NCBI GenBank assembly: GCA_964408795.1
Contig: CAYPAW010000058.1
Location: forward strand, 7,018 to 71,017
DNA: 64,000 nt
Direction: 5' to 3'
From: an uncultured Mariniphaga sp.
GTDB taxonomy: Bacteria > Bacteroidota > Bacteroidia > Bacteroidales > Prolixibacteraceae
Part shown: in pieces, positions 37,896 through 48,027 of the stretch
Layout of the letters: the number at the start of each line of letters is the position of its first letter
How positions within the stretch are numbered: the stretch's first letter is position 1
Notes under the pieces: generated by a model
What the model saw: only the letters and a program-made list of their open reading frames with translations
Database searches by the model: none
What the model was told of the DNA's origin: nothing
Translations under genes and position numbers: made by a program

Positions 37896-38921
37896 GTGAA
37901 AGGATTTGCAAGCGATAACAATGCGGGTGTGCATCCTGAAATACTCAAAGCCATTGAATCGGCCAATAAAGACCATGAAGTTGGATATGGAGATGATCCC
38001 TATACCCGGCAGGCCATTGAACTTTTCAGGGAAGCATTCGGAAAAGAGACCGAAGTATTTTTTGTTTTTAACGGAACGGGAGCCAACGTACTGGGGTTGT
38101 CGTCGGTTACCCAAAGCTGGAATTCGGTGATTTGCGCCGATACCTCCCATATTGAAGAAGATGAATGCGGGGCTCCGGAGAAATTTACCGGATGCAAATT
38201 ATTGCCGGTACCGTCTGTCGGTGGAAAGATCACCCCTGAGGCCATTGAACATCACCTGAAAGGATTTGGTTTCGAGCACCATTCGCAACCCGGAGTTATT
38301 TCCATTTCTCAGGTTACCGAAATGGGTACGGTATACCGCCCTGAGGAAATCATTGCCCTGGCCGATCTGGCTCATAAACACAATATGTATCTTCATATGG
38401 ACGGAGCCCGGATTGCCAATGCTGCCGTATCCCTGGACCTTCCTTTTAAAGCGTTCACGAAAGAGTGCGGGGTGGATATCCTTTCGTTCGGAGGAACCAA
38501 AAACGGAATGCTGATGGGGGAATCGGTGCTTTTTTTTAATCCCGAGCTGGCTAAAAACACCAAATATCTGCGTAAACAAAGCATGCAGTTATTTTCCAAG
38601 ATGCGCTTTACCAGCGCCCAGTTTATTGCCTATCTGAAAAATGACCTGTGGAAAAAAAATGCCGCCCATGCCAATCGCATGGCCCAATACCTGGAAGAAG
38701 AAATCAGAAAAATACCGGAAATTACCGTCACCCAAAAGGTGGATGCCAACGGAGTGTTTGCCCTGGTGCCCCGGAAGATCATTCAACCTTTACAGGAAAA
38801 ATTCTTCTTCTACATGTGGAATGAATCCAATACGGAAGTTCGCTGGATGACCTCTTTTGACACAACTGAAAAGGAAATCGGGGAGTTTGTTCAACATATA
38901 AAAAGGTTGCTGGCCTCTTAA
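37896..38921 (+). CDS. ltaE: Low-specificity L-threonine aldolase family (PLP)
   Basis: GTG start. FASDNNAGVHPEILKAI...GYGDDPYT, GTGANVL, ...LSFGGTKNG (PLP Lys region). Confidence 0.75.
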   Translation: MKGFASDNNAGVHPEILKAIESANKDHEVGYGDDPYTRQAIELFREAFGKETEVFFVFNGTGANVLGLSSVTQSWNSVICADTSHIEEDECGAPEKFTGCKLLPVPSVGGKITPEAIEHHLKGFGFEHHSQPGVISISQVTEMGTVYRPEEIIALADLAHKHNMYLHMDGARIANAAVSLDLPFKAFTKECGVDILSFGGTKNGMLMGESVLFFNPELAKNTKYLRKQSMQLFSKMRFTSAQFIAYLKNDLWKKNAAHANRMAQYLEEEIRKIPEITVTQKVDANGVFALVPRKIIQPLQEKFFFYMWNESNTEVRWMTSFDTTEKEIGEFVQHIKRLLAS

Positions 38922-38980
38922 CGAAGAAAGAAGTCAAAATACCCGTACGGAATCGCTTACATTCAATACAAATTCGTTCT

Positions 38981-39721
38981 ATGTCGATATTCAGATATTA
39001 CCCGGATAATCCTGAACAACAGGATAAAATCCTCGAAAAAAAAATATTGATTCACAGCCTGATTTTTCCGTTGGCATTTGTGATCCTCTTCTGGATGGTT
39101 GAAATAACCGAACAGGTTTTCGGACTGAATTTTGTTCCCTTCGGGATTTTTCCATTGCAGGTCAAAGGATTAAAAGGCATTCTTTTCTCTCCTTTTGTTC
39201 ATTCCGACTACAACCATTTAATGGCCAATTCGCTGCCTTTTTTCATTTTACTGGCTGCTTTGGTTTATTATTACCGCAAAATTGCGTATCGGATTTTCTT
39301 TCTGATCTATCTCATTTCCGGTCTGTGTGTCTGGCTTGGAGGCCGTCCGGCGTGGCATATCGGAGCCAGCGGGGTAATTTACGGGCTGGCAGCCTTTCAT
39401 CTGGTTAGCGGAATACTGCGCAACGATATCCGGCTCCTTACGCTTTCTGTTTTGGTAGTTTTCCTCTATGGGAGCATGTTCTGGGGGGTCTTCCCCCTAC
39501 GACCGGATATCTCCTGGGAAGCCCACCTCTGGGGTGCCCTCTCTGGAGTGTTGCTGGCTGTCTACTACCGCAAATATGCCCTGCGAAGAAAAAAATTTGA
39601 CTGGGAAGAGGAACCCGATGAGGAAAACAAAGAACCCGGACCGGAAAATGGATCCTATTTCTCGGAACCTACCTTCTCCTCAGAGACCAAAGCAGACAGC
39701 AAAAACCCTTCAAACGAATAA
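38981..39721 (+). CDS. Rhomboid family intramembrane serine protease
   Basis: Six TM helices; FVHSDYNHLMANS; catalytic GASGVIYGL; downstream His in a TM helix. Confidence 0.85.
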   Translation: MSIFRYYPDNPEQQDKILEKKILIHSLIFPLAFVILFWMVEITEQVFGLNFVPFGIFPLQVKGLKGILFSPFVHSDYNHLMANSLPFFILLAALVYYYRKIAYRIFFLIYLISGLCVWLGGRPAWHIGASGVIYGLAAFHLVSGILRNDIRLLTLSVLVVFLYGSMFWGVFPLRPDISWEAHLWGALSGVLLAVYYRKYALRRKKFDWEEEPDEENKEPGPENGSYFSEPTFSSETKADSKNPSNE

Positions 39722-39770
39722 TTTTTTTTCAAAAAAAATGGTTTTGTGAAAGGGTTACAATAAAAGTTTT

Positions 39771-39778
39771 TATTTTTG
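39771..39778 (+). promoter_or_regulatory. -7 box TATTTTTG
   Basis: Exact TAnnTTTG match, 29 nt upstream of nusB ATG 39807. Confidence 0.4.
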
Positions 39779-39806
39779 CGGCCTGAATAAATGAAGTTCT
39801 TAAAGG

Positions 39807-40766
39807 ATGATTAGCAGAAGGATTATCAGAACCAAAGCGTTGCAAATCTTGTACGCCTATTACTCTTCCCCGGATCCATCCCTTAACCTCCATGAAAAAG
39901 AACTCTTTTTTGGCATCAAAAAATCGTATGATCTTTACCATTACCTGCTTCTTCTGGTCATCAATATGGCTGATTATGCGAAACGACGAATGGAAATAAA
40001 CCGGTCGAAGCACCGTCCTACGGAGGAGGATCTCCATCCGAACACCCAGTTTATCGACAACAGAATGATCGATATGCTCCGAAAGAACAAGGCCCTGAAC
40101 CAATACCTGAAACAGAATAAAATAAGCTGGGTGAATCATCCTGAACTGATCAAAGTTCTCTACAACCAACTGATGGAAGCCGATTTCTATAAAAAATACA
40201 TGTCGGAAAAATCCTCTTCTTTTGCTGAAGACCGCATGCTGGTAGACCGTATTTTTAATAAACTGATCCTCTATTCTGAAGAACTCTATCAGGTTCTGGA
40301 AGAACAAAGTATATACTGGAACGATGATGTGGAATTCAATGTAGCAATGATCGTTAAAACGCTGAAACGTTTCCGGGAGACTTCCACTGAGGACCAACCG
40401 CTCTTGCCTATGTTCAAAGATGAAGAAGACCGGTTGTTTGCCAAAGAACTGTTCCGGAAGGCCATTCTTAACCATGAAGAATTACGGGAACTGATCAATT
40501 TTCACTCCCGGAACTGGGATCTCGAACGAATCGCTTTTGTGGATATCCTGATCATGCAACTGGCCCTCGCTGAGTTTCTCTTTTTTCCCGGTATCCCAAC
40601 AAAAGTGACCTTAAATGAGTACATTGAAATATCCAAATATTATAGCACCGAAAAAAGCAGAAATTTTATCAACGGAATACTGGATAAATCATTAAAGAAA
40701 CTTAAACAGGAAGGAAAAATAAAAAAATCAGGACGTGGATTAATTGGAGAAAATGAACCGCTTTGA
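39807..40766 (+). CDS. nusB: Transcription antitermination factor NusB (long Bacteroidota form)
   Basis: C-terminal NusB core WDLERIAFVDILIMQLALAEFLFFPGIPTKVTLNEYIEISKYYSTEKSRNFINGILD. Confidence 0.9.
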   Translation: MISRRIIRTKALQILYAYYSSPDPSLNLHEKELFFGIKKSYDLYHYLLLLVINMADYAKRRMEINRSKHRPTEEDLHPNTQFIDNRMIDMLRKNKALNQYLKQNKISWVNHPELIKVLYNQLMEADFYKKYMSEKSSSFAEDRMLVDRIFNKLILYSEELYQVLEEQSIYWNDDVEFNVAMIVKTLKRFRETSTEDQPLLPMFKDEEDRLFAKELFRKAILNHEELRELINFHSRNWDLERIAFVDILIMQLALAEFLFFPGIPTKVTLNEYIEISKYYSTEKSRNFINGILDKSLKKLKQEGKIKKSGRGLIGENEPL

Positions 40767-40768
40767 CA

Positions 40769-41266
40769 ATGCACCCGACAGTGAACAGGAAGAAAAAATA
40801 TGGATGGTTGATGGCGGCCTGGTTGATCGCAGGTAGTTGCGGAAATACCCAGGTCAATCAACAGCAGGAAAAAATACAAACCATGGCTCCGGAAGAAATC
40901 ACGGAATTTGTAGTTAACGAAGAAATACATAATTTTGGAACATTGACAGCCGGGGAAATCGTTATTTTCAGTTTTGTGCTAACCAATACAGGCCAAAACC
41001 CGCTCATCTTAAAGAATCTGGAGCGCGATTGCGAATGCATCCGGATCCGTTTCAACGGAAAACCGGTTCTTCCCGGGGAAAAAGGAATGATTGAAGTGGA
41101 GTGGGATACATCCGGAATGACAGGAAAACAATATCAGCCTGTCGCGATGGAAATGAATACAAAAGAAAGAAAATACACCCTCGGGGTGGTTGCAGAGGTT
41201 CAACATAAAAATATGGATCGTACTTACGAAAATTTAGTAACCCGAGTTACCTTAAATAACTTTTAA
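40769..41266 (+). CDS. DUF1573 domain-containing lipoprotein
   Basis: Lipobox LIAGSCG; HNFGTLTAGEIVIFSFVLTNTGQNPLILKNLERDCECI. Confidence 0.8.
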   Translation: MHPTVNRKKKYGWLMAAWLIAGSCGNTQVNQQQEKIQTMAPEEITEFVVNEEIHNFGTLTAGEIVIFSFVLTNTGQNPLILKNLERDCECIRIRFNGKPVLPGEKGMIEVEWDTSGMTGKQYQPVAMEMNTKERKYTLGVVAEVQHKNMDRTYENLVTRVTLNNF

Positions 41267-41278
41267 AAATTGAAACGA

Positions 41279-41593
41279 ATGAATTACTTATTATTCATGC
41301 AAAACACAGGAGAAGATGCCAATCCGTTGATGACCTTTCTGCCTCTGATATTGATTGTGGTGATATTTTACTTTTTCATGATTCGCCCTCAGGTAAAACG
41401 CCAGAAAGAAACCCGTAAATTTCGTGAAAACCTGAAAAAAGGCGATAAGGTGGTTACCACCGGTGGAATATACGGGAAAATTACCGAGCTGAAAGAAACT
41501 TCAGTGATCCTTCAGATCGATAATGAAGTACACATTAAAGTGGATAAAAACGCGATTATCAAAGATATGAGCGATGTCCAGCCACAACGATAA
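41279..41593 (+). CDS. yajC: Preprotein translocase subunit YajC
   Basis: FYFFMIRPQVKRQKETRKFRENLKKGDKVVTTGGIYGKI. Start is uncertain (41270 TTG, 41279 or 41297 ATG). Confidence 0.9.
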   Translation: MNYLLFMQNTGEDANPLMTFLPLILIVVIFYFFMIRPQVKRQKETRKFRENLKKGDKVVTTGGIYGKITELKETSVILQIDNEVHIKVDKNAIIKDMSDVQPQR

Positions 41594-41762
41594 CCGGGAT
41601 CCGGTTTTTTCAGAGGGAGAAAAAAGAAGCCGTTCAGCAACAGAAGCGTCAAAAAACGGGCTTCCGAACAACCGGGAGCCGGGTATGCCTGTAAGAGAAT
41701 AAATGCCTGTTGCCTCAACCATAAACCCATAAATTCATTAATTTTGCCTGAAAGCAATTTCA

Positions 41763-42758
41763 ATGGCTCAACGGGATTTTTTGCGTATCAAGAACCTCCT
41801 TAAAGTGAACAAACTGCTGCAGGACAAGCAAGTAATTGTTTTTCTGATCTGTCTGGTTATCGCTGCATCCTTATGGTTCTTAAATGCACTCAGCAAAGAT
41901 TACGAGACTACACTCACCTATCCGGTGCATTATACCAATGTTCCGGAAAAAAGATTTCTGGCCAATAATCCCCCCGGGAAAATTGACATCGACGTCAGAG
42001 CCCATGGTTTTGTACTCCTCAGAAACACTTTGAATCTCTCCTTTGCTCCGGTTATACTGGACATAACAAGACTTATCCCTCACGCAGAAGAAACAGAACC
42101 CCTGTCTTACACCATTCGAACGTCAGACCTCCTGAACAGGATTTCATCCCAGATAAGCAACGAAATCACGATCCTGGAAGTACATCCCGGATCGATTGTT
42201 CTGATTCTGGACAGTCTGGAAACCAAACAGGTGCCTGTTGAGGCCGATATCCAAATAGACTTTGCGGAACAATACAACCTCAGCGCCCCGTTGCAAATAA
42301 TCCCCGAACAGGTTCTTGCAACCGGTCCGGGATCCCTCCTGGATACCCTCGAATCGGTGAGTACAGTGCACAAAACCTTCAGGGCGATCAAGAAAACAAC
42401 GGAAGAGGAACTGGAATTGGTTGCCCCGGAAAAGGTAACCCTCAAACCCCGCAAAGCAAAGGTAATCATCCCGGCAGAAGAATTTACCGAAAAAATACTG
42501 AAGATCCCGGTAAAAATACTGGATAAACCCAATGATACAGACATTAAACTGTTCCCTTCGGAACTGGAGGTCTCCTTTCGGGTAGCCCTGAGCCAATATA
42601 CAGCAATCAATGCAACCGATTTTCTGCTTGCGATCCCTTTTTCTGCAATACGTTCGGGACACCCCAACGTTCAGGTAACGCTTGAAAAAAAACCGGATTT
42701 CGTACGGGATATAAAATATTTCCCTCAAACCATTGAATACCTCATTGAAAAAGAATAA
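41763..42758 (+). CDS. YbbR-like domain-containing protein
   Basis: N-terminal TM segment and repeated beta-rich modules; conserved position between yajC and coaE in Bacteroidota. Confidence 0.65.
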   Translation: MAQRDFLRIKNLLKVNKLLQDKQVIVFLICLVIAASLWFLNALSKDYETTLTYPVHYTNVPEKRFLANNPPGKIDIDVRAHGFVLLRNTLNLSFAPVILDITRLIPHAEETEPLSYTIRTSDLLNRISSQISNEITILEVHPGSIVLILDSLETKQVPVEADIQIDFAEQYNLSAPLQIIPEQVLATGPGSLLDTLESVSTVHKTFRAIKKTTEEELELVAPEKVTLKPRKAKVIIPAEEFTEKILKIPVKILDKPNDTDIKLFPSELEVSFRVALSQYTAINATDFLLAIPFSAIRSGHPNVQVTLEKKPDFVRDIKYFPQTIEYLIEKE

Positions 42759-42759
42759 C

Positions 42760-43356
42760 ATGGCAGTAACAGTCGGCATAACCGGAGGCATGGGAAGCGG
42801 CAAAAGCATAGCATGTAAAATCTTCAGACTGCTGGATGTACCGGTTTTTGAAGCCGACGGGATTGCCAAAGAACTGCTTGATAATCATCCGGAAATAAGA
42901 AATGAACTGACATCCCTCTTTGGAGAATCCATTTATCTTTCAGGTCAGGGGGCAAACCGAAAAAAACTGGCATCCCTGATCTTTCATGATCCGGTTGCCC
43001 TGATGAAAGTAAACAACATAATTCATCCACGGGTACGGGAAGCATTCATACATTGGACCCGGCAACAGAAAGCTCCCTATGTGCTGCATGAAGCAGCGAT
43101 CCTTTTTGAAAGTGGATTCTACAAAATGATGGACCGGAATATTCTGATCAGAGCCGATAAAGAACTGCGCATACAACGCATCATGAAAAGGGATGGCCTT
43201 TCCCGGGAGCAGATTAAAGCCCGAATGGATCAACAATGGCCGGATGAAAAAAAAGCTCAGCTGGCGGATTATATTCTGGTTAACAACCATGAATTGCTGC
43301 TTCCGGAGATTCTCAGGATTCATAAAAAAATAGAAGAATATGGCAAAATTTGGTAA
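42760..43356 (+). CDS. coaE: Dephospho-CoA kinase
   Basis: MAVTVGITGGMGSGKSIACKIF P-loop (ATG 42760, 2 nt after the upstream stop). Confidence 0.9.
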   Translation: MAVTVGITGGMGSGKSIACKIFRLLDVPVFEADGIAKELLDNHPEIRNELTSLFGESIYLSGQGANRKKLASLIFHDPVALMKVNNIIHPRVREAFIHWTRQQKAPYVLHEAAILFESGFYKMMDRNILIRADKELRIQRIMKRDGLSREQIKARMDQQWPDEKKAQLADYILVNNHELLLPEILRIHKKIEEYGKIW

Positions 43357-44071
43357 ATGGATCGGAGGCGGACTGGGATGGGCTGTAGGAGGCCCTTTAG
43401 GAGCGATCTTTGGATTCATGATCGGATCGGTTTTCGATGGAACCTCAGTCCGTACATCCGATTATCCGGGAGCATCCCGGGGTCAAACCACCCCGGGAGG
43501 GTACGTGATGAGCCTTCTGGTTCTTATTGCTGCCGTGATGAAAGCCGATGGAAGAGTATTGCGTTCGGAACTCGATTATGTGAAGAAATTCCTGGTACAG
43601 AATTTCGGCCACGATACGGCCCAGGAAGCCCTCAAGATGCTTCAGGATCTCCTGAAACAAAACATCCCGGTAACCGATGTATGCCGTCAGATTGAACATC
43701 ACATGAACTACTCCTCGCGATTGCAACTTATGCATTTTCTCTTCGGCGTAGCCCATGCCGACGGAAAAGTCGACCCCATTGAGTTGCAGCTGATCGAGAA
43801 AATGTGCCTTTCGATGGGAATCAGCCCTTCCGACTTTGAATCCGTAAAGGCTATGTTCGTGAAAGATGCCAATGCTGCCTATAAAATACTGGAAATAGAC
43901 CCATCGGCTTCCAACGAGGAAATAAAAAAAGCATACCGGCGTATGGCCATGAAATACCACCCCGACAAAGTAAGCCACCTGGGTGAGGATTTCCAAAAAG
44001 CGGCCAAAGATAAATTCCAGAAAGTGAATCAGGCGTATCAAACCATCAAAGAAGAACGAAAAATCGCATAA
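43340..44071 (+). CDS. TerB-like domain plus C-terminal J-domain protein (DjlA-like co-chaperone)
   Basis: N-terminal Gly-rich TM segment; TerB-like middle region; J domain AYKILEIDPSASNEEIKKAYRRMAMKYHPDKV. Confidence 0.8.
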   Translation: MAKFGKWIGGGLGWAVGGPLGAIFGFMIGSVFDGTSVRTSDYPGASRGQTTPGGYVMSLLVLIAAVMKADGRVLRSELDYVKKFLVQNFGHDTAQEALKMLQDLLKQNIPVTDVCRQIEHHMNYSSRLQLMHFLFGVAHADGKVDPIELQLIEKMCLSMGISPSDFESVKAMFVKDANAAYKILEIDPSASNEEIKKAYRRMAMKYHPDKVSHLGEDFQKAAKDKFQKVNQAYQTIKEERKIA

Positions 44072-44105
44072 AAAAACCCGGAATATATTTTTCCGGGTTT
44101 TTTTT
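44071..44105. terminator. Bidirectional rho-independent terminator
   Basis: aaacccggaa (44074-83) pairs with ttccgggttt (44091-100), flanked by an A-run (44071-76) and a T-run (44098-105), between convergent genes. Confidence 0.8.
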
Positions 44106-44125
44106 CTTTTGATTTGCTCAATTAA

Positions 44126-44515
44126 TCAGCTGTTTAAATCGTCAAACTCAATATCCGTAAATCCTTTTTTTTTCTCACTCCCTTCCATGACAGCAGCCAC
44201 TTCCCCATCTTCCTCTTCCATTTCCTCCGGCTGCTTATCCCGAATATAGCCTATCACATCAAGAAGACTGTCAGTGAATTTGTCAAAATCTTCTTTGTAA
44301 AGGAATACCTTATGTTTCTCATAATGAAATTTTCCTTCATTCTCAAACTTTTTCTTGCTTTCTGTAATGGTAAGGTAAAACTCATCATTACGGGTACTTT
44401 TGACATCAAAAAAATAGGTTCGTTTGCCTGCGCGGATAACCTTAGAATAAATCTCCTGTCGGAACCGGCTCTCTTCCTCGTTGTTTTTTTCTTTTTTTGA
44501 TACTCCTTCCATCAT
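44126..44515 (-). CDS. DUF3276 (PUR-alpha-like nucleic-acid-binding) family protein
   Basis: IYSKVIRAGKRTYFFDVKSTRNDEFYLTITESKKKF...KHKVFLYKEDFDKF. Confidence 0.8.
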   Translation of the reverse strand: MMEGVSKKEKNNEEESRFRQEIYSKVIRAGKRTYFFDVKSTRNDEFYLTITESKKKFENEGKFHYEKHKVFLYKEDFDKFTDSLLDVIGYIRDKQPEEMEEEDGEVAAVMEGSEKKKGFTDIEFDDLNS

Positions 44516-44653
44516 AATATATTTTGGTACAATCGATATGTTCTGGAACCGGATTCAAATATAAAAAAATCTGCGCAAAAAATTTAAAAAGTGTTAAGAA
44601 ATACAGCAACCCGTATCAATCTGATCACAGAACGGTCTGTTTTCTTTCCACCC

Positions 44654-45526
44654 CTAATAAATGGTTTTTTTGGCTGCCAATAAGGTATTCAGCAACAAGG
44701 ACACCCGGGTCATGGGGCCAACTCCCCCGGGAACAGGGGTTATGTACGAGCAATGAGTAGCCACTTCATCGAAAAGCACATCCCCTTTCAAGGCAAATCC
44801 TGATTTTGTACGGTCCGATTTTACGCGTGTTGTTCCCACGTCAATGACCACTGCCCCCTCCCTGACCATATCACCTTTCACAAATCCGGGATGCCCGATG
44901 GCAGCAATCAGAATATCAGCCTGGCGGCAGATCTCCTTCAGATTTCTTGTGCGGCTGTGAGCTACGGTTACCGTGGCGTTCACTGTTTTCTGGGACATCA
45001 GAATACTCAGAGGACGCCCCACGATGTTGCTTCTTCCAATGATGACACAGTTCTTCCCCGAAGTTGCAATGTTGTATCGTTTCAACAATTCAAGAATACC
45101 GTACGGAGTCGCCGAAACAAAGGAAGGCAGACCGATCACGGTCCGGCCTACATTCACGGGGTGAAAGCCATCCACATCTTTTCCCGGATCAATGGCTTCA
45201 ATGACTTTCTGCTCCGAAATATGTCCGGGCAAGGGCAGCTGCACGATGAATCCATCCAGGGACGAATCCGCATTCAGTGCCAATACCGTGTCGAGGAGTT
45301 CTTTCTCGGTTACCGTTTCTTCAAACCGGATGAGAGAGGCCTGAAAACCTACCGCTTCACAATCTTTTATTTTATAGGCAACATACGTCTCGCTCCCCCC
45401 ATCGTGCCCGACCAGTACAGTGGCCAAATGAGGAGGCCTCTCACCTCCCTGAACACGCCTTGTCACTTCAGCAGCAATCTCTTCCTTGATCTCCGCTGCT
45501 ACTTTCTTCCCGTCCATTAAAATCAT
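44654..45526 (-). CDS. folD: Bifunctional methylenetetrahydrofolate dehydrogenase/cyclohydrolase
   Basis: [58 protein letters not shown]. Confidence 0.97.
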   Translation of the reverse strand: MILMDGKKVAAEIKEEIAAEVTRRVQGGERPPHLATVLVGHDGGSETYVAYKIKDCEAVGFQASLIRFEETVTEKELLDTVLALNADSSLDGFIVQLPLPGHISEQKVIEAIDPGKDVDGFHPVNVGRTVIGLPSFVSATPYGILELLKRYNIATSGKNCVIIGRSNIVGRPLSILMSQKTVNATVTVAHSRTRNLKEICRQADILIAAIGHPGFVKGDMVREGAVVIDVGTTRVKSDRTKSGFALKGDVLFDEVATHCSYITPVPGGVGPMTRVSLLLNTLLAAKKTIY

Positions 45527-45633
45527 GGTTATTCAAATTAATTGTTCATAAAGAATCCACCATCAAAAAGAGGGGATGGTATTTAATCCATGGGATTATG
45601 AAACCAAATACAAAAACGTATAACCCCTTTGGT

Positions 45634-45740
45634 CCGGAGTCCGATGTCAGAAATGTCGCTCGCTTCTGATTTCCGTCTTTGGTTTCCTGACTTACAATTC
45701 CACGCAACGACAACCAAAACTCTCTCCGGTCATCCATCGG
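45634..45740 (-). promoter_or_regulatory. Candidate structured RNA element (three-way junction) in the ffh-folD spacer
   Basis: On the minus strand: P1 CCGGAG (45729-24) with CUCCGG (45639-34); helix A UUUGGUU (45718-12) with AACCAAA (45684-78); helix B UCAGAA (45669-64) with UUCUGA (45652-47). Possible loop-loop UGUCG/CGACA pairing. The flanking CCGAUG (45740-35) can pair with CAUCGG inside the element. Confidence 0.35.
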
Positions 45741-45847
45741 CAGATATCCCTGTCCGGTCTTTAGTCAGCCCCCCTGAATTTCAGGGGAGCATCGTAAGAA
45801 AATGCAGCGGCATTCCGATAGCACGTGGGTACGGCGAATCATTTTGT

Positions 45848-47185
45848 TTAAAAAGGTCTCCCTCTTTGCATGTTTCCCATCACCTGCCGCATATTCTTCC
45901 CCTGGGAAACCATTTTCATCATTTTCCTGGTTTCGCTGAATTGCTTTAGCAACTGGTTGACTTCCTGTATGGTTCTTCCCGAACCGTTGGCAATTCGTTT
46001 CCGTCTGCTTCCATTCAGCACGGCTGGATTTTCCCTTTCTTCCGCCGTCATGGAAAAAATGATCGACTCAATTTGCTTAAATGAATCATCGTCCATGTCT
46101 ACATTTTTCAGGGCTTTGCCCATTCCGGGGATCATCGATGCCACATCCTTCAGGTTTCCCATCTTTTTTACCTGGTTGATCTGCCGCAGAAAATCGTTGA
46201 AGTTAAACTGATTTTTCGCGAGTTTTTTCTTCAGTATCCTTGCCTCATCTGCATCATACTGTTCCTGGGCTTTTTCCACCAGGGTAACAATATCCCCCAT
46301 ACCCAGAATTCTGTCAGCCATCCTGTCAGGATGAAAAACATCCAGTGCATCGATCTTTTCTCCGGTACCTACAAATTTAATGGGTTTGTTGACGACCGAA
46401 CGGATCGACAAAGCAGCTCCTCCACGGGTATCTCCATCCAGTTTGGTAAGCACCACTCCATCAAAATTCAGGGTTTCATTAAACTCCCGGGCTGTATTCA
46501 CCGCATCCTGACCGGTCATTGCATCTACAACAAAAAGGATCTCATGGGGATTGACTGCTTTTTTGATCGAAGCAATTTCCTTCATCATCAAGGCATCGAT
46601 CGCCAACCGCCCTGCCGTATCAATGATAACCAGATCAAATCCATTTCTTCTGGCATGTTTGATCGCTGCCTCACTGATGGCAACCGGATCCCGGTTTCCC
46701 TCTTCCGTATAAACGGGAATCCCTGTCTGCTCGCCCAAAACCTTCAGCTGCTCAATGGCTGCCGGCCGGTATACATCACCGGCAACCAAAAGAGGATGCT
46801 TCCCCTTCCGGGTCTTTAACAAATGGCCCAGTTTGGCTGAAAAAGTGGTTTTCCCCGATCCCTGTAAACCCGACATTAAAATGACCGTGGGTTGGCCACT
46901 TAAATTAATATCACTGAAGGTCCCCCCCATCAGCAATGCCAACTCATCGTGGACAATCTTCACCATCATCTGACCGGGCTTAACCGCCGTAAGAACTTTT
47001 TGTCCCAACGCTTTTTCCTTCACCGTGTCGGTAAACCCTTTGGCTATCTTAAAATTTACATCCGCATCCAGCAAGGCCCGCCGAATCTCCTTCAACGTCT
47101 CAGCTACATTGATCTCCGTGATCAACCCCTGCCCTTTCAACAGCTTAAACGACCGATCAAGCCGTTCACTTAAATTTTCAAACAT
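45848..47185 (-). CDS. ffh: Signal recognition particle protein Ffh
   Basis: GLQGSGKTTFSAKLG, DTAGRL, TKLDGDTRGGAALS, and a Met-rich M domain. Confidence 0.97.
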   Translation of the reverse strand: MFENLSERLDRSFKLLKGQGLITEINVAETLKEIRRALLDADVNFKIAKGFTDTVKEKALGQKVLTAVKPGQMMVKIVHDELALLMGGTFSDINLSGQPTVILMSGLQGSGKTTFSAKLGHLLKTRKGKHPLLVAGDVYRPAAIEQLKVLGEQTGIPVYTEEGNRDPVAISEAAIKHARRNGFDLVIIDTAGRLAIDALMMKEIASIKKAVNPHEILFVVDAMTGQDAVNTAREFNETLNFDGVVLTKLDGDTRGGAALSIRSVVNKPIKFVGTGEKIDALDVFHPDRMADRILGMGDIVTLVEKAQEQYDADEARILKKKLAKNQFNFNDFLRQINQVKKMGNLKDVASMIPGMGKALKNVDMDDDSFKQIESIIFSMTAEERENPAVLNGSRRKRIANGSGRTIQEVNQLLKQFSETRKMMKMVSQGKNMRQVMGNMQRGRPF

Positions 47186-47476
47186 GCGCTTTTCCTTTCC
47201 TCTGAATTAAGTTCTGCAAAAATAAAAAAAATAATGCTAAAAAACATAAACCCTTATCACATTAATTATCAATAACATAAAATAATAAATCAAAGAAATT
47301 ATCAAAATGATAGTACTTTGTATTGCATAGATCTATTTTTTGTTTATATATTTGCATAACAAATAACAATGTAAAAAAAGGTAATTTTCTAAAAAAAGTT
47401 CTATATAAAGTGTAACCCTTTAAAAAAAGGATCGTCTTAAAAACAAAAAAGAATACGAAAGCAAAAACAAAAAGCC

Positions 47477-47965
47477 ATGAAAACAAAAAACAATGTTCAG
47501 CAAGCAATCTCCCATTCAACGGCACTGGTTATCGGATTGGTATTAACAGGTTTTACAGGAATTGCCCAGGGATCAACCCATGATTTCTTTGCAGATACCC
47601 ATAGTGGGGCCAATGCAGAAATACGGGATAATAAATCATCCGTAACGGTTGAGGCATTTATCCGTTCCGAAGCCATGGTCCTTGAGATGAAATCTTCACT
47701 GGCACTGGAAGCATGGATGTTTGCCGGTTCGGATTACGATGTTTCGACAATCTCCTATGAAAAAGAAACGGAACTTCCGCTGGAAATTGAAAACTGGATG
47801 ATGGAAGATATCCAGGCAATGACCTTCGAACAGGAAGAGGAAGCTCCCCTGGGAATCGAAAGCTGGATGACAAACAATAACCGGGCATTCACCTTCGAAC
47901 ACGAAGAAGAAACTTCCCTGAAACTTGAAGACTGGATGTTCAGCCATGGAATGGTAAACTTTTAA
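47477..47965 (+). CDS. Secreted hypothetical protein with four L-x-(L/I)-E-x-W-M repeats
   Basis: Signal peptide; repeats LALEAWMF, LEIENWMM, LGIESWMT and LKLEDWMF spaced about 23-27 aa apart. Confidence 0.6.
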   Translation: MKTKNNVQQAISHSTALVIGLVLTGFTGIAQGSTHDFFADTHSGANAEIRDNKSSVTVEAFIRSEAMVLEMKSSLALEAWMFAGSDYDVSTISYEKETELPLEIENWMMEDIQAMTFEQEEEAPLGIESWMTNNNRAFTFEHEEETSLKLEDWMFSHGMVNF

Positions 47966-48027
47966 GGTGTATACGGGTAGTATTGGAAGGATCAATCTAT
48001 GAACTATGTAAAGGAAAGGGAAAAACC

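Noticed and set aside
47186-47476. AT-rich 290-nt region as a possible replication origin (ttatcaca resembles a DnaA box)
   Set aside because: There is only one imperfect box, no dnaA/dnaN nearby and no box cluster. A divergent promoter region for ffh and the ExWM gene explains it more simply.
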